A DNA stretch of 64,000 nt from the NCBI GenBank assembly GCA_018220985.1, contig JAAOXS010000021.1, forward strand, positions 24,274-88,273, in the 5' to 3' direction. Position numbers and translations under genes: made by a program. Source of the stretch: Nanobdellota archaeon. Lineage in GTDB: Archaea > Nanobdellota > Nanobdellia > PEZQ01. Under the pieces are notes generated by a model. The model saw nothing but the letters and a program-made list of their open reading frames with translations. It had not been told where the DNA came from and did no database searches. Of this stretch, positions 10,061 to 20,088 are shown piece by piece. The stretch's first letter is position 1; each line of letters begins with the position of its first letter.

Positions 10061-11604
10061 AAGAACTATACAAGAATTACAAACTATGGATTCTTGCACT
10101 AATGCTAATCGCATCAATAATATTCATACACCCGAATATAACAGCAAAGGGTGTTGAAATAACAAGCGCGAAAAACCCTGCACCGTCAGATATTAAAGGA
10201 CAATTCTTAACTGGCATTGAAATAAATTACTTAAATTTTGTTGAAATAAATAACGTACAAGACTACGCGCAAGCAATCTCCCAAATACAACCAAACGACA
10301 CAATAAAACTAACAACATTAATAGAAAAAAACCCATTCATATACGCAGAACAAACAGCTTATCCATTTATAGCAGAACAGAAAGACAATAGAACAAATAT
10401 AGGAATACAAGTAAAACAAATAGAACCAACAAAACTATCATTTGGAATAGAACTAAATGGTGGAACAAAACTTGTACTACAACCCGCAGAAGAAATCACG
10501 GAACAAGATTACGAAAACTTACTGGACATACTACGACGGCGACTTGACTTATTCGGAGTTAAAGGAGCAACAGTCACCACTATCACAGACTTGTCAAGAA
10601 ATAAATACGTACAAGTCCAACTTGCAAGCGTAACCAACGAAGAAGCAATTGACTTAATAAGCAAAGAAGGTAAATTCGAAGCAAAAGTTGGAAACACAAC
10701 AGTATTCCTCGGAACAGACATAATCGACGTATGCTTAAGCAGTGGAGCTCAATGCGCTTACTACGTACGACCATTAGACTCGGGAAGTGGAAGCGTTATT
10801 TGGGAATTCGTTTTTGGAATAGCAATAAGCAAAGAAGCAGCTAACAAATTCGCAGCAACAACACTGCAACTCGCTGAAAACACGACATCAGGACAATGCT
10901 ACCTGAATGAAACAATAGATTTCTACATAGATGATGAAATAATTGAAGGTGCTTCACTTGGAATACCCTGCGATTTAAAAGGAAAAATAATTCTCAACCC
11001 AAGCATAACAGGAAAAAGAACAACACAAGAAGACGCGCAAGCAGAAATGCGCTACTTACAATCAATACTGCAATCAAGAAGCCTGCCAGTAAAAATGGAA
11101 ATACTAAGCGCGGAATCAGTATCACCAATTCAAGGGCAAATGTTCATACAAAACATTTTCATAGTATTCATAATATCAATAATCCTCGTTGACTTAATAA
11201 TCGCAATACGATACAAAAATCCTAAACTCATAATAATAACCATATTCATATCATTATCCGAAATATTCATAACGCTCGGCATCGCAGCAGGGATAGGATG
11301 GACACTAGACATAGCGTCAATAGCAGGAATAATCGCGAGCGTGGGAACAGGAATTAACGACCAAATAGTCATACTTGACGAAGTAGAAGAGAAAAAAGAC
11401 GTCTCACTGAAAAGACGGATAAAAAGCGCTTTCTTCATAGTAATAGCAGCTTACTTCGTAAGCGTTGCATCAATGATTCCACTATTTTTCGCAGGAGCAG
11501 GACTACTCCGCGGATTCGCGCTAACAACAATAATAGGCATAAGCGTAGGCGTACTCATCACGCGCCCAGCATTCGCAGAATTAATAAAAATCGTGAAAAA
11601 ATAA
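10057..11604 (+). CDS. secD: Protein translocase subunit SecD
   Basis: FGIELNGG, GKFEAK and IAGIIASVGTGINDQIVI motifs. The real start is the ATG at 10057 (GGTGG SD, ATGA overlap with secF). Confidence 0.9.
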   Translation: MKELYKNYKLWILALMLIASIIFIHPNITAKGVEITSAKNPAPSDIKGQFLTGIEINYLNFVEINNVQDYAQAISQIQPNDTIKLTTLIEKNPFIYAEQTAYPFIAEQKDNRTNIGIQVKQIEPTKLSFGIELNGGTKLVLQPAEEITEQDYENLLDILRRRLDLFGVKGATVTTITDLSRNKYVQVQLASVTNEEAIDLISKEGKFEAKVGNTTVFLGTDIIDVCLSSGAQCAYYVRPLDSGSGSVIWEFVFGIAISKEAANKFAATTLQLAENTTSGQCYLNETIDFYIDDEIIEGASLGIPCDLKGKIILNPSITGKRTTQEDAQAEMRYLQSILQSRSLPVKMEILSAESVSPIQGQMFIQNIFIVFIISIILVDLIIAIRYKNPKLIIITIFISLSEIFITLGIAAGIGWTLDIASIAGIIASVGTGINDQIVILDEVEEKKDVSLKRRIKSAFFIVIAAYFVSVASMIPLFFAGAGLLRGFALTTIIGISVGVLITRPAFAELIKIVKK

Positions 11605-11610
11605 TTAATT

Positions 11611-11922
11611 ATGGAAAACTCTTTTTGTATATACTGTAAACAAATTGTTCATAATCAATTGCAAATTTGTAATTTTTGTGAAAAAGAATTATCAATTAAT
11701 ACACAAAATACTACATACCAAAATTTTTTAAAAAACATATCATGCCAAATTTTTGATTACTTAATAAAAACGGATTTTAAAGAAGGAATGCCTTTTGGGG
11801 ATATTAAAAATTATTTCAACTTAGAAAACGAATTATTAAATGACGCCCTTTTTGAACTAGCGTACTATGGTAAAGTATACGCGCCAAAACCAGAATTTTT
11901 CAAAGCTTATATAGAAAAATAA
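11611..11922 (+). CDS. Hypothetical protein: N-terminal Zn ribbon and possible C-terminal winged helix
   Basis: CxxC...CxxC at the N-terminus. The C-terminal LNDALFELAYYGKVYAP resembles a wHTH wing. Confidence 0.5.
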   Translation: MENSFCIYCKQIVHNQLQICNFCEKELSINTQNTTYQNFLKNISCQIFDYLIKTDFKEGMPFGDIKNYFNLENELLNDALFELAYYGKVYAPKPEFFKAYIEK

Positions 11923-11974
11923 AGAATCTTAATTAGAACAAAACTATTTTTAAATTAAAAAATAAAATTAAAAA

Positions 11975-12004
11975 TTATTTCTTAAGAAGTTCAATTGTTT
12001 CCAC
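11975..12004 (-). pseudogene. Diverged duplicate of the last 10 codons of the NAC gene
   Basis: Reads VETIELLKK* against VEAIELLKK* at 12125-12154, with 24/30 nt identical. Confidence 0.75.
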
Positions 12005-12006
12005 CG

Positions 12007-12123
12007 ACCTTTCTTAAAAAGAAAACTTGAGCAAAAAAGAAACAAGTAAGAAGAAACTTGCAATGAAATCAAATGATTTCATGCACAGAAAATCTATTGA
12101 TTTTCTTATAAGAAAAAAAGAAC
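12007..12123. repeat. Palindromic intergenic element (REP/MITE-like), copy 1
   Basis: ACCTTTCTTAAAAAGAAAACTTGAGCAAAAAAGAAAC followed by inverted repeats ATGAAATC-N4-GATTTCAT and AGAAAATC-N4-GATTTTCT. A related copy is at 36665. Confidence 0.6.
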
Positions 12124-12124
12124 A

Positions 12125-12433
12125 TTATTTTTTAAGAAGCTCTATCGCTTCAACTAAATCACCATTAGCGTTCTCCAAAGCAACACGCGCTTCATCTAAA
12201 CCAACACCCGACTGCTTAGAAACCAACTCAACATCCTCACTTGGCAAATCCTTAACTTCTCTCGCTTCACCTTTAATCTGATACATTTCCTCACCCATAA
12301 CCTTCATCTTCGTAATATCAGGATTGTCAATAACAATTTTTTTAGAACCGCTAAAAATTTCGACACGGTCAGCGTCCACTTGCTGCATGTTCATCTGTTT
12401 CATTAACTTACGCATCTGATTCGGGTTAAACAT
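12125..12433 (-). CDS. nac: Archaeal nascent polypeptide-associated complex protein
   Basis: NPNQMRKLMKQM, NAC domain (KVMGEEMYQI) and C-terminal UBA (DVELVSKQSGV..EARVALE..GDLVEAI). Confidence 0.92.
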   Translation of the reverse strand: MFNPNQMRKLMKQMNMQQVDADRVEIFSGSKKIVIDNPDITKMKVMGEEMYQIKGEAREVKDLPSEDVELVSKQSGVGLDEARVALENANGDLVEAIELLKK

Positions 12434-12485
12434 GAAACAAACAAATGGCAAAAGTATATATTAACTTTTTGATAAATAAATAATC

Positions 12486-13694
12486 ATGCCAAACATGGGA
12501 AAGGCAGTTCACACACTACTATTAGAAGAACGTAAACGCGTAAAAAACGTGTACTACTTATCACTAACACTAATGCTATTCGCACTAGGATGGGCAATAT
12601 CAGCCCCTTTTTACACGATTAACATGCAAAGCATAATACAAGACGCACTACTACTAGGAATATTCTTCAGCATGTGGGGACTCATAAGATTCTTTACAGA
12701 CACTTTCTTTGGAGCATTCTTCGACTTCATAGACAACAAAAAAATAATACTAATATCATTAGTAGGATACGCACTCGTTGGAATAGCATACTACTTTGTG
12801 AACAACATAATACCTTTATTCATACTAAGAATATTCCATATACTGATAGGCAGCTTGTTTTGGGTAGGTGTATGGGCTTACACTCATAAAATATCACCAA
12901 AAAATCGCAGAGAAGAAAACATAATGTTCGAAACAATATTCCTGAACGCACCGTACTTAATCGCACCATTCATAGGCGCACTACTATTTGCCATAACCAG
13001 CCCAAAAATCGTATTCTTAGCAATACCAATAACCATACTTCCAGCAATAATAATATTCAGCATTAAAGGCAAACCAACCAAACAAAAAAAGAAAATAACA
13101 ATAAAAAAAATACTCAAAAAAGAAATAAGAATAATACGCGAAAACAAAAAAAAAGTACTGACACTTTTTTATGTAATGACACCACAATTCCTCGTATCAT
13201 CAGCATTCTTTATATTCTTACCCATATACTTGCTAAACCAAGGATATGGTGCTTACTTCATAGCACTAACAGCTACGATAACAGTAATACCCTCATTACT
13301 CACATTACCATTAGGCAAGTTCGCAGATAAAAACGGAAGAATACCCGTTTTTACTGCAGGAACAATAGCGCTAACAATGGGATTATTATTATTTTATTAC
13401 GCGACAACATCACTACTACTACTGATTAGTATCTTCATAATAGGAAGCGGATTCGCAATAATAAGTCCAACAGCTAACGCGATTGTAGGCGACTTATCCG
13501 GAAAAAATGAAAAAGGCACATTATCAGGAATAACTGAAACCGCAAAAGACTTAGGAATGATGATAGGACCAATAATTGGAGGAATTGTTCTTAACATTTC
13601 AACACTACAACTACTCAGTTTACTACTATCAATAATACCCGTGTCTACCATGCTACTAGCACTAATTTTTGGAAAAATACCAAAAAAAGCTTAA
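12486..13694 (+). CDS. MFS transporter (12 TM)
   Basis: About 12 hydrophobic helices and a GKFADKNGR motif A. Confidence 0.9.
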   Translation: MPNMGKAVHTLLLEERKRVKNVYYLSLTLMLFALGWAISAPFYTINMQSIIQDALLLGIFFSMWGLIRFFTDTFFGAFFDFIDNKKIILISLVGYALVGIAYYFVNNIIPLFILRIFHILIGSLFWVGVWAYTHKISPKNRREENIMFETIFLNAPYLIAPFIGALLFAITSPKIVFLAIPITILPAIIIFSIKGKPTKQKKKITIKKILKKEIRIIRENKKKVLTLFYVMTPQFLVSSAFFIFLPIYLLNQGYGAYFIALTATITVIPSLLTLPLGKFADKNGRIPVFTAGTIALTMGLLLFYYATTSLLLLISIFIIGSGFAIISPTANAIVGDLSGKNEKGTLSGITETAKDLGMMIGPIIGGIVLNISTLQLLSLLLSIIPVSTMLLALIFGKIPKKA

Positions 13695-13701
13695 ACACAA
13701 T

Positions 13702-14223
13702 TTACTTTCTTAAACCGCGCATTTTCCTACCCTGACTTGTTAAACCACGCAAAGCATTCATCTTCTTATTCTTATTCAAAACCCAATTTGTTTCCTCATC
13801 ATTCAAAATTCTTGGATGATTAGGATCAACACTCACAACTTCAAAATACTTGAATTGACCATCTTCACCAACCCAATAACTACCCAAAATCACGAGATTA
13901 GGGTGCTTTCTTTGAATTCTCTCTTCACAAATGAGTTGTAAACTTTTCTTATTAGAATACTTATTCTGACCGCTTTTACTTGGCTTACGACCAGAATGGA
14001 CTTGAACTCTCTTCCTACCGCCACGTTTGATTTTAATTCTATTAACTACAAAACCGCCTTTAGCTTTGTAACCGTACATTCGTGCTTTATCAATACGTGT
14101 TGGCTTACTAATTCGAACAATTGAATTATCTTTACGCCATGAGCGTATTTGTTTCTTGTACTCGTCCTTCATGGTTGAGAGTGGTTTCTTCCACAACTTA
14201 CCAAGGTACTTGTAAAATCCCAT
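13702..14223 (-). CDS. rpl15e: 50S ribosomal protein L15e (eL15)
   Basis: PTRIDKARMYGYKAK, SYWVGEDGQFKYFEV and RGLTSQG motifs. Confidence 0.97.
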   Translation of the reverse strand: MGFYKYLGKLWKKPLSTMKDEYKKQIRSWRKDNSIVRISKPTRIDKARMYGYKAKGGFVVNRIKIKRGGRKRVQVHSGRKPSKSGQNKYSNKKSLQLICEERIQRKHPNLVILGSYWVGEDGQFKYFEVVSVDPNHPRILNDEETNWVLNKNKKMNALRGLTSQGRKMRGLRK

Positions 14224-14240
14224 TATACTTTTTCTTACCT

Positions 14241-14276
14241 CTATACTTCACCTGTTCACAGGCACATCGTATGGTT
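14241..14276 (-). ncRNA. Putative eL15 ribosomal-protein leader (structured 5' UTR)
   Basis: mRNA reads CAUAC-GAUGUG-CCUG-UGAA-CAGG-UGAA-GUAU: an inner stem, an asymmetric G/A-rich internal loop and an outer stem, 18 nt before the rpl15e ATG. Confidence 0.7.
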
Positions 14277-14315
14277 AACTTAAAAAAAACAATTAAGAAT
14301 TACTTTTAAAGGTTA

Positions 14316-14900
14316 CTACAAATGACTTTCTAAAATTCCTCTAATTTCTTCAAGCAAGTTTTCAGGAATCTCATAAGATTCAGATATTTTTTTCAAATTA
14401 TCCAACTTTTTAGAAAATATAACACTTGCAAGATCTACAGCTATGCTCTTCAATTTAGTTTTAACTTCAATTTTACTTAAATTTTCAAAATCAGCATTTG
14501 TTACATTGGTTATTTCAAATAATGAACGATTAAAACCAATTATTACTAACAAATTATCTAATTCATTAATTTTTTTAATATGATAAACAGATCTTTCAGA
14601 ATCAAATTTTAGAACCTCCATGATACCATTAATAGAATCACTAATTGATTTTGACATGTTTTCAGTTCCAGAACCTGAATACACGTTTTCCAATTTTTTT
14701 AATTCAGATAACTGCGCTGCAAAAACACCACTACCCACTGGATTTAATATAAATTCACTAAATTTGTTAACATTATCTTTCATACGTAGTTCGTTAGGAT
14801 TAGGATGAGCAACAATAAATGCGCCAGTAGAATTAGTTATTATTGTAAGAATGTAATCTGTATTAAACCATTTAGGCTTTTTAATACTAAAAATTCCCAT
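14316..14900 (-). CDS. Hypothetical protein
   Basis: 194-aa ORF, AT-rich, no recognised motif. Confidence 0.6.
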   Translation of the reverse strand: MGIFSIKKPKWFNTDYILTIITNSTGAFIVAHPNPNELRMKDNVNKFSEFILNPVGSGVFAAQLSELKKLENVYSGSGTENMSKSISDSINGIMEVLKFDSERSVYHIKKINELDNLLVIIGFNRSLFEITNVTNADFENLSKIEVKTKLKSIAVDLASVIFSKKLDNLKKISESYEIPENLLEEIRGILESHL

Positions 14901-14968
14901 GATAATTACTTATTTAAAATCAACTTTATATAAATTTTTTTAAACTAAATACACCACTTCTTTAAATT

Positions 14969-15523
14969 ATGTTAAAGAAAAACTTGTTACAAGCACAAAT
15001 AAGCAATAAAATAGGATTTAACAATTACGAATTACTACAACAAAAAAAACGAAAACTAGCAAAAAAAATAAGACTAACAAAAAAAACATATGACCAAATT
15101 ATTTTAGAACATGAATTTGCACAAATAGAAAATAAAGAAAGATTCTTTTTTTGTATTGGAAAAAAAGAAAATAGTACAACACATTTTAAACACTATCTTA
15201 GCAATGATGACTGTTTAGAATTTTATTTTATAAAAAGAAATTCAGACAGCATATCTTTAAAAAACATATTGAAATTACATGACTATATTGAAATTTTAGT
15301 TGAAAAAAATAAAATAGGAAAACAAAACAATCAACTTTTGTTTGGGCACACACACTTAACAAAACCACCGCATGATAAAGAGATTTTTCACGAATTAGAA
15401 AAAAAACAAATTTTTGAACAATGGGGAATATTAACATACATTATTTCTTACCCAAAAAATTCTAAAACACTTTTACACGCGTATAATATGAAATATAACG
15501 AACTTGAAATAATAATAAATTAA
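14969..15523 (+). CDS. Hypothetical protein, possibly JAB/MPN-like
   Basis: E-x-FFFCIG strand and FGHTH-x6-D resemble a degenerate JAB HxH..D site. Confidence 0.4.
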   Translation: MLKKNLLQAQISNKIGFNNYELLQQKKRKLAKKIRLTKKTYDQIILEHEFAQIENKERFFFCIGKKENSTTHFKHYLSNDDCLEFYFIKRNSDSISLKNILKLHDYIEILVEKNKIGKQNNQLLFGHTHLTKPPHDKEIFHELEKKQIFEQWGILTYIISYPKNSKTLLHAYNMKYNELEIIIN

Positions 15524-16230
15524 AGTTTGCTAATAACTTTTCCCAAAGGAGTTAATTCAACTTTTTTTTCCCGACCATTCCTAACAGTTTTAACACAACC
15601 ATATTTCTCCAGCCTGTTCAAAAACTTTGAAAAACGAATAACATTTGAACGCGATTCCTCCCAACCCATACCCCTCATTATTTTAACAAAAGTTTCACTC
15701 ACGCCGCCTAAATCCTTTAACTTTGTAAGAATATCATTTAAAACACCCGCACGCAACTCATTAAAGTCTATTTTTGGCATGAAAATGCTAACTGGTTCAA
15801 CACCACCATCCTCAACAACTTTAACAGCGTAATCCTCAGGAACTTGAGGATTCTTAGGGGGAATATACACGCAAGAAACACTCTTAAACAAAATACCAGA
15901 AGTAATAGCTGCAATCTCAAAAGCTTTACGGGAAGAAGTAATATCAATTAATAACTCATTATTAGAAGCCAAATTAAGCAAGAAAGAAAAACACTCGTCA
16001 AAATCTCCTAAATCCATATCAACCACTTCAATAGAATTTTTATCATAAAACAAACTAATTTTCTCAATAATTTCATCAGCAAACTTTTTCGTCGTCTTCC
16101 TCCACGCACCAGTGTACTCAGAATCAGTGGTTTTAGTAATAATCAAAAAAACTTTTTCAGGCTTAAAACGAGCAATACTACTCAAAACACGATTTTTGTA
16201 AACGCCAACAGGCGCGACGAGAACAACCAT
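15520..16230 (-). CDS. CARF-like domain plus winged-HTH transcriptional regulator (Csa3/DUF6293-like)
   Basis: N-terminal VLVAPVG..RV strand, DITSSRK (CARF D-x-T/S-x-x-x-K motif) and a C-terminal wHTH (LNRLEKYGCV..RNGREKKVELTPLG). Confidence 0.75.
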   Translation of the reverse strand: MVVLVAPVGVYKNRVLSSIARFKPEKVFLIITKTTDSEYTGAWRKTTKKFADEIIEKISLFYDKNSIEVVDMDLGDFDECFSFLLNLASNNELLIDITSSRKAFEIAAITSGILFKSVSCVYIPPKNPQVPEDYAVKVVEDGGVEPVSIFMPKIDFNELRAGVLNDILTKLKDLGGVSETFVKIMRGMGWEESRSNVIRFSKFLNRLEKYGCVKTVRNGREKKVELTPLGKVISKL

Positions 16231-16324
16231 TAACAATCACTTGTTAATTGTTAATATTTCTTTTTATTTAATGTTTATTGTTAAGAAAATATACTTATAT
16301 TTGGTTTTAGTAAATAATTGTGCG

Positions 16325-16783
16325 ATGAAATGGTCTGTAATTTATTTTCATGTAACCTCCGATGAAGAACTGAAACTTGAAGAAAAACTGTTAAAAGAAA
16401 CTGTGAAAAAAAATGTTAACTGGACTAAACTCCCTCAAAAACTTATTGATGGTATAATCATACCGTCCAGTTTTAGAACTGATTATCAAGGAATTGAATA
16501 TTTAATAAGAGAATCTGGAAAAGAAGAGTGCAAAGTATACGAAATAACAGGTCAAAAACAAGACGTAAAAACATACTATAATAAGGATTATTTCAACTCT
16601 CAAAAAAGTAACACAAATTCAAAAGATATGATTGTTATGGACTTATACGACATCGTTACTACAAACAAGCTTAGACCAATAAAAGAAGCGCACTTGTGTG
16701 GAGCGCAGGGTTTTGGCGAAATTGGAGATTCGTGCCCAGGATGCGAAGGAAAATATAGAGAAAGAAGTGTGGTGATAAAATAA
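16325..16783 (+). CDS. Hypothetical protein with a C-terminal Cys cluster
   Basis: ATG at 16325 is in frame with the listed ORF. HLC...CPGC near the C-terminus. TAATG coupling to the next gene. Confidence 0.55.
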   Translation: MKWSVIYFHVTSDEELKLEEKLLKETVKKNVNWTKLPQKLIDGIIIPSSFRTDYQGIEYLIRESGKEECKVYEITGQKQDVKTYYNKDYFNSQKSNTNSKDMIVMDLYDIVTTNKLRPIKEAHLCGAQGFGEIGDSCPGCEGKYRERSVVIK

Positions 16784-17403
16784 TGAATAAAGAATCAATA
16801 TTAAATTATACTATGGATAATCTAATGGAAAGTAGACTACAAAGTAAATATGAAGAATTATTAATAAATAAAAATAATATACAAAAAGCTCTATGTTTAA
16901 TACGTATAACAGGATTACTTCCTAATGAAAATATTATTCAGAAAGCTTACAAACAACAGATTCAGAACGGTATTGATGAAAATGAAAATATTGATTGGAA
17001 TTATAGAGAACTTTGGCATGGTAGACCTTGGGACTGTGCCGGAGGCGGTGAACCTGTAGTTTGGTATAAAAAAGATATTGAAAATTATAAAGAAGGACTT
17101 CGTTCTTCTATTGCTTGTGGACGAGATGATTGGAAAAAATCAATAGAAAATATACAACTGCTTAGAGAATTAACAAATGTTGAACCCTCAAAAGAAATAA
17201 TTTATGAGGCAATTCAAATGTACATATCAAAAAAATGGAAATTAGACAAATTATCTGATGCTTTAGGCTTACATGTTGGAACATTACTCACATACTTATC
17301 TGAAGGTAGAAAGGACTCAAAAATAGAAAAAATTTTGGATAACCCTTCAGAATTTGAAGAAATATCCAGAAAACTTAAGAGTATAATTGAAGATGAAAAA
17401 TAG
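16783..17403 (+). CDS. Hypothetical protein
   Basis: 206 aa, GGTGA SD, overlaps the upstream stop. Confidence 0.6.
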   Translation: MNKESILNYTMDNLMESRLQSKYEELLINKNNIQKALCLIRITGLLPNENIIQKAYKQQIQNGIDENENIDWNYRELWHGRPWDCAGGGEPVVWYKKDIENYKEGLRSSIACGRDDWKKSIENIQLLRELTNVEPSKEIIYEAIQMYISKKWKLDKLSDALGLHVGTLLTYLSEGRKDSKIEKILDNPSEFEEISRKLKSIIEDEK

Positions 17404-17409
17404 CGGACA
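17401..17409 (+). promoter_or_regulatory. TASYGGACA motif upstream of nre
   Basis: TAGCGGACA lies 13 nt before the TTTTTTAA box. Confidence 0.55.
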
Positions 17410-17453
17410 AATACAATAATCCTTTTTTAACCATTGAAATTTTAATTCTAACA

Positions 17454-18629
17454 ATGAACACCGCATTATGCGCTAAGTGCAAAGGCAGAGGGTACTGTGG
17501 AAAACCCTGCCCATTTCTATCATACTACAAAAATGTAGAACTCAAAAAAGATTTTCTTTCAGAAACCCCGCCAAGCATATTCGTAGGCAGATTCAATTAC
17601 CCTAACGTGAATATAGGTGTTCTCTCACCACCTGAAGAAACGAAAAACGTAGAATACTTTGACAACCATTACGCATGGTTCAAAGAACGAAAATCACTAA
17701 ACGAAATTGCAGGACTAAGAGCCCAACTAATTAACTCAAGAATACGCGGAAGCGTAAAAAAACAAAACAAAATAATAGAAACCTTCCAAGAAATCACTTT
17801 AGGTAAGAAAAGCGTTGACTTAGAAATACACTTGAAAAAACAACCAAAACCAATAATGAACACTTTTACAACAAGCACGATGATAGGACCTCACGCGGAA
17901 CTTGAAAAAGTACGACTCGCAGAAAACGTGAAAGTTGACAAAAGAATAGAAAAAGCTTACTACGACACTGACTTGAAAAGTGTAAAAGCCATAAATGAAT
18001 TATATAAAAAAGGAGTTAACGAATCGAAACTGGCTAGAGTTCTTTCAGCAGGAATACTTGGAGTAAAAATTAATAGAAAACTCGTACCCACGCGGTGGAG
18101 CATAACAGCAGTGGATGATAATTTGGGGAAAAATTTGATAAAACAAATAAAATACAACAAACAAATAGACGAATACCACGTTTATTACTCTTCAAGAATG
18201 GGCAACGCGTTCTGCGTTATATTAATGCCAGGGCAATGGACTTACGAATTATTTGAATGCGTTCAAACAAATGAATTACAATACACAACGAACTACGAAA
18301 CGTACTATGGGAGAAAAGAATACGCTAAAGAAACAGCAGGCGGATATTACGCATCACGGCTTGGCGTGCTCGAACAATTAGTCAAGAAAAAAAGACAAGC
18401 GTCAGCGCTTATAATTAGAGAAATCACAAAAGACTATTACTTGCCTATTGGAGTATGGCAAGTTCGGGAAAACGTGAGAAACTCATTTAACAAAGTAATA
18501 AAATTCGGTGATTGGGAATTAGTAAAACAATACGTGACAAGACTGTTTAGCTTTAACATTAATGAAATACTAGTAAAAAGTAAATTGTTAAAAGAAAGAA
18601 AACAACCAAAACTCACGAACTATTTTTAA
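17454..18629 (+). CDS. nreA: Archaeal DNA repair protein Nre
   Basis: CxxCKGRGYCGKPCP, PPSIFVGRFNYP, LVPTRWSITAVD and GGYYASRL motifs, with a C-terminal PIP box QPKLTNYF. Confidence 0.95.
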   Translation: MNTALCAKCKGRGYCGKPCPFLSYYKNVELKKDFLSETPPSIFVGRFNYPNVNIGVLSPPEETKNVEYFDNHYAWFKERKSLNEIAGLRAQLINSRIRGSVKKQNKIIETFQEITLGKKSVDLEIHLKKQPKPIMNTFTTSTMIGPHAELEKVRLAENVKVDKRIEKAYYDTDLKSVKAINELYKKGVNESKLARVLSAGILGVKINRKLVPTRWSITAVDDNLGKNLIKQIKYNKQIDEYHVYYSSRMGNAFCVILMPGQWTYELFECVQTNELQYTTNYETYYGRKEYAKETAGGYYASRLGVLEQLVKKKRQASALIIREITKDYYLPIGVWQVRENVRNSFNKVIKFGDWELVKQYVTRLFSFNINEILVKSKLLKERKQPKLTNYF

Positions 18630-18655
18630 AACAAAAATAACTTATCATATAACAT

Positions 18656-19297
18656 ATGAAAATCGTTGTAAGCCTTGGCGGATCAGCCTTTGTGAAAAAT
18701 GAAATAGATGTAGAATTCTTAAAAGAGCTTAAACAATTATTAGAAAAAAACACTAACAATTTTTGCATAATTACAGGCGGCGGAAAAATCGCGAGATACT
18801 ACTCTGAAGCCGGGCGAAAACTTGGGATAACGGAAAACGAACAACACACGCTCGGAAGAGATGTTACACTAATCAACGCACAACTACTAGCATACCACTT
18901 AAACACTGAATACTACTATGACAGTCCATCAAACATTACTCGGAAATGGAAAAAACAAACAATCATAACCGGAGGGTACACACCCGGATGGAACACTGAT
19001 GTGGGCGCGTCAATGATAGCATCAATCACTAACTCAACAATGATAAACATAACAAACGTGCCTTATGTTTATGATAAAGACCCAAAACTACCCGGAGCGA
19101 AACCCATAAAAAAAATGGGTTGGGAAAGAATGAAACAAATCGTCGGACTAACATTCACCCCCGGGCAAAACTCGCCATTACACCCAATAGCTGTTAAAAC
19201 ATGCGCGGAAAACAAAATAACACTCTTAGTGATGAACGTAAAAAATTTTAAGAAATATTTAAAAAATGAGAAATGGGAAGGAACAATAATTTCCTAA
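18656..19297 (+). CDS. pyrH: UMP kinase
   Basis: SLGGS, TGGGKIAR, PGWNTD and NVPYVYDKDP motifs. Confidence 0.92.
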   Translation: MKIVVSLGGSAFVKNEIDVEFLKELKQLLEKNTNNFCIITGGGKIARYYSEAGRKLGITENEQHTLGRDVTLINAQLLAYHLNTEYYYDSPSNITRKWKKQTIITGGYTPGWNTDVGASMIASITNSTMINITNVPYVYDKDPKLPGAKPIKKMGWERMKQIVGLTFTPGQNSPLHPIAVKTCAENKITLLVMNVKNFKKYLKNEKWEGTIIS

Positions 19298-19330
19298 ACT
19301 TTAAAACGCTTACATGATTAATATATTTTT

Positions 19331-19864
19331 ATGGCAGACCTGTTCATAAACCCGTTCAATGACGCGGTAATAATAAGCCTAATCTCTGCAGGAGTTTACT
19401 TACTTGTAGGATTAATAGTGATATCCCTATTAATGAAGATTACACGTTCGTTCATAAATGATAATGATATTAAAAAAATGCTGAAAAGAATTGGAATAGG
19501 AATACATGGAATTGATATAATAATGTCAGGAATAAAACTTTACTTATACTTCATACTAATACTAATAATCTTAGGCAGACTTGGAGTGTCAAGCTTTCTA
19601 ACAGATGTAATAATACTTATTCTCATCATAGCAGTTATGGGAATACTATTGTTAAGTCTTAAGAATTTTGTGCCAAACGCTGCTGCAGGACTGTACATAT
19701 CATCAACAAACATGATAAGCAAAAATGACAAAATCGTTGTGGATAAACTTGAAGGAAGAGTAGATGAAATAAATCTGTTAAACACAATTCTAAAAAAGAA
19801 CAATAAAGAAAAAATAATAATACCCAACGCAATACTAATCAAAAAAAAGGTTGTTAAAAAATGA
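19331..19864 (+). CDS. MscS-family small mechanosensitive channel domain protein
   Basis: Three TM helices, then NFVPNAAAG, GRVDEINL and IIIPN. Confidence 0.85.
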   Translation: MADLFINPFNDAVIISLISAGVYLLVGLIVISLLMKITRSFINDNDIKKMLKRIGIGIHGIDIIMSGIKLYLYFILILIILGRLGVSSFLTDVIILILIIAVMGILLLSLKNFVPNAAAGLYISSTNMISKNDKIVVDKLEGRVDEINLLNTILKKNNKEKIIIPNAILIKKKVVKK

Positions 19865-20088
19865 TACGAGCATACTTACTATTAATAACCAAACCCGGAG
19901 TTGAAAGTAGAATTGCAAGCAAACTAATAAACATAAAAGAAGTTAAAGACATTGAAGTAGTGTACGGGGATTATGATATAGTAATTAAAGTAGAATTCCC
20001 AAACATGGACGAACTAAGCGCTTTCATAAAAAAATTACGCGCAATCAAAAACATTAAAAACACGTCAACAATGATAGCTATGCAATGA
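19861..20088 (+). CDS. Stand-alone Lrp/AsnC ligand-binding (RAM) domain protein
   Basis: AYLLL..KPG, VYGDYDIVIKV and TSTMI motifs. Confidence 0.9.
   Translation: MIRAYLLLITKPGVESRIASKLINIKEVKDIEVVYGDYDIVIKVEFPNMDELSAFIKKLRAIKNIKNTSTMIAMQ

Noticed and set aside
12027..12281. 84-aa + strand ORF across the palindromic element
   Set aside because: It starts at TTG inside a repeat and runs antisense to NAC.
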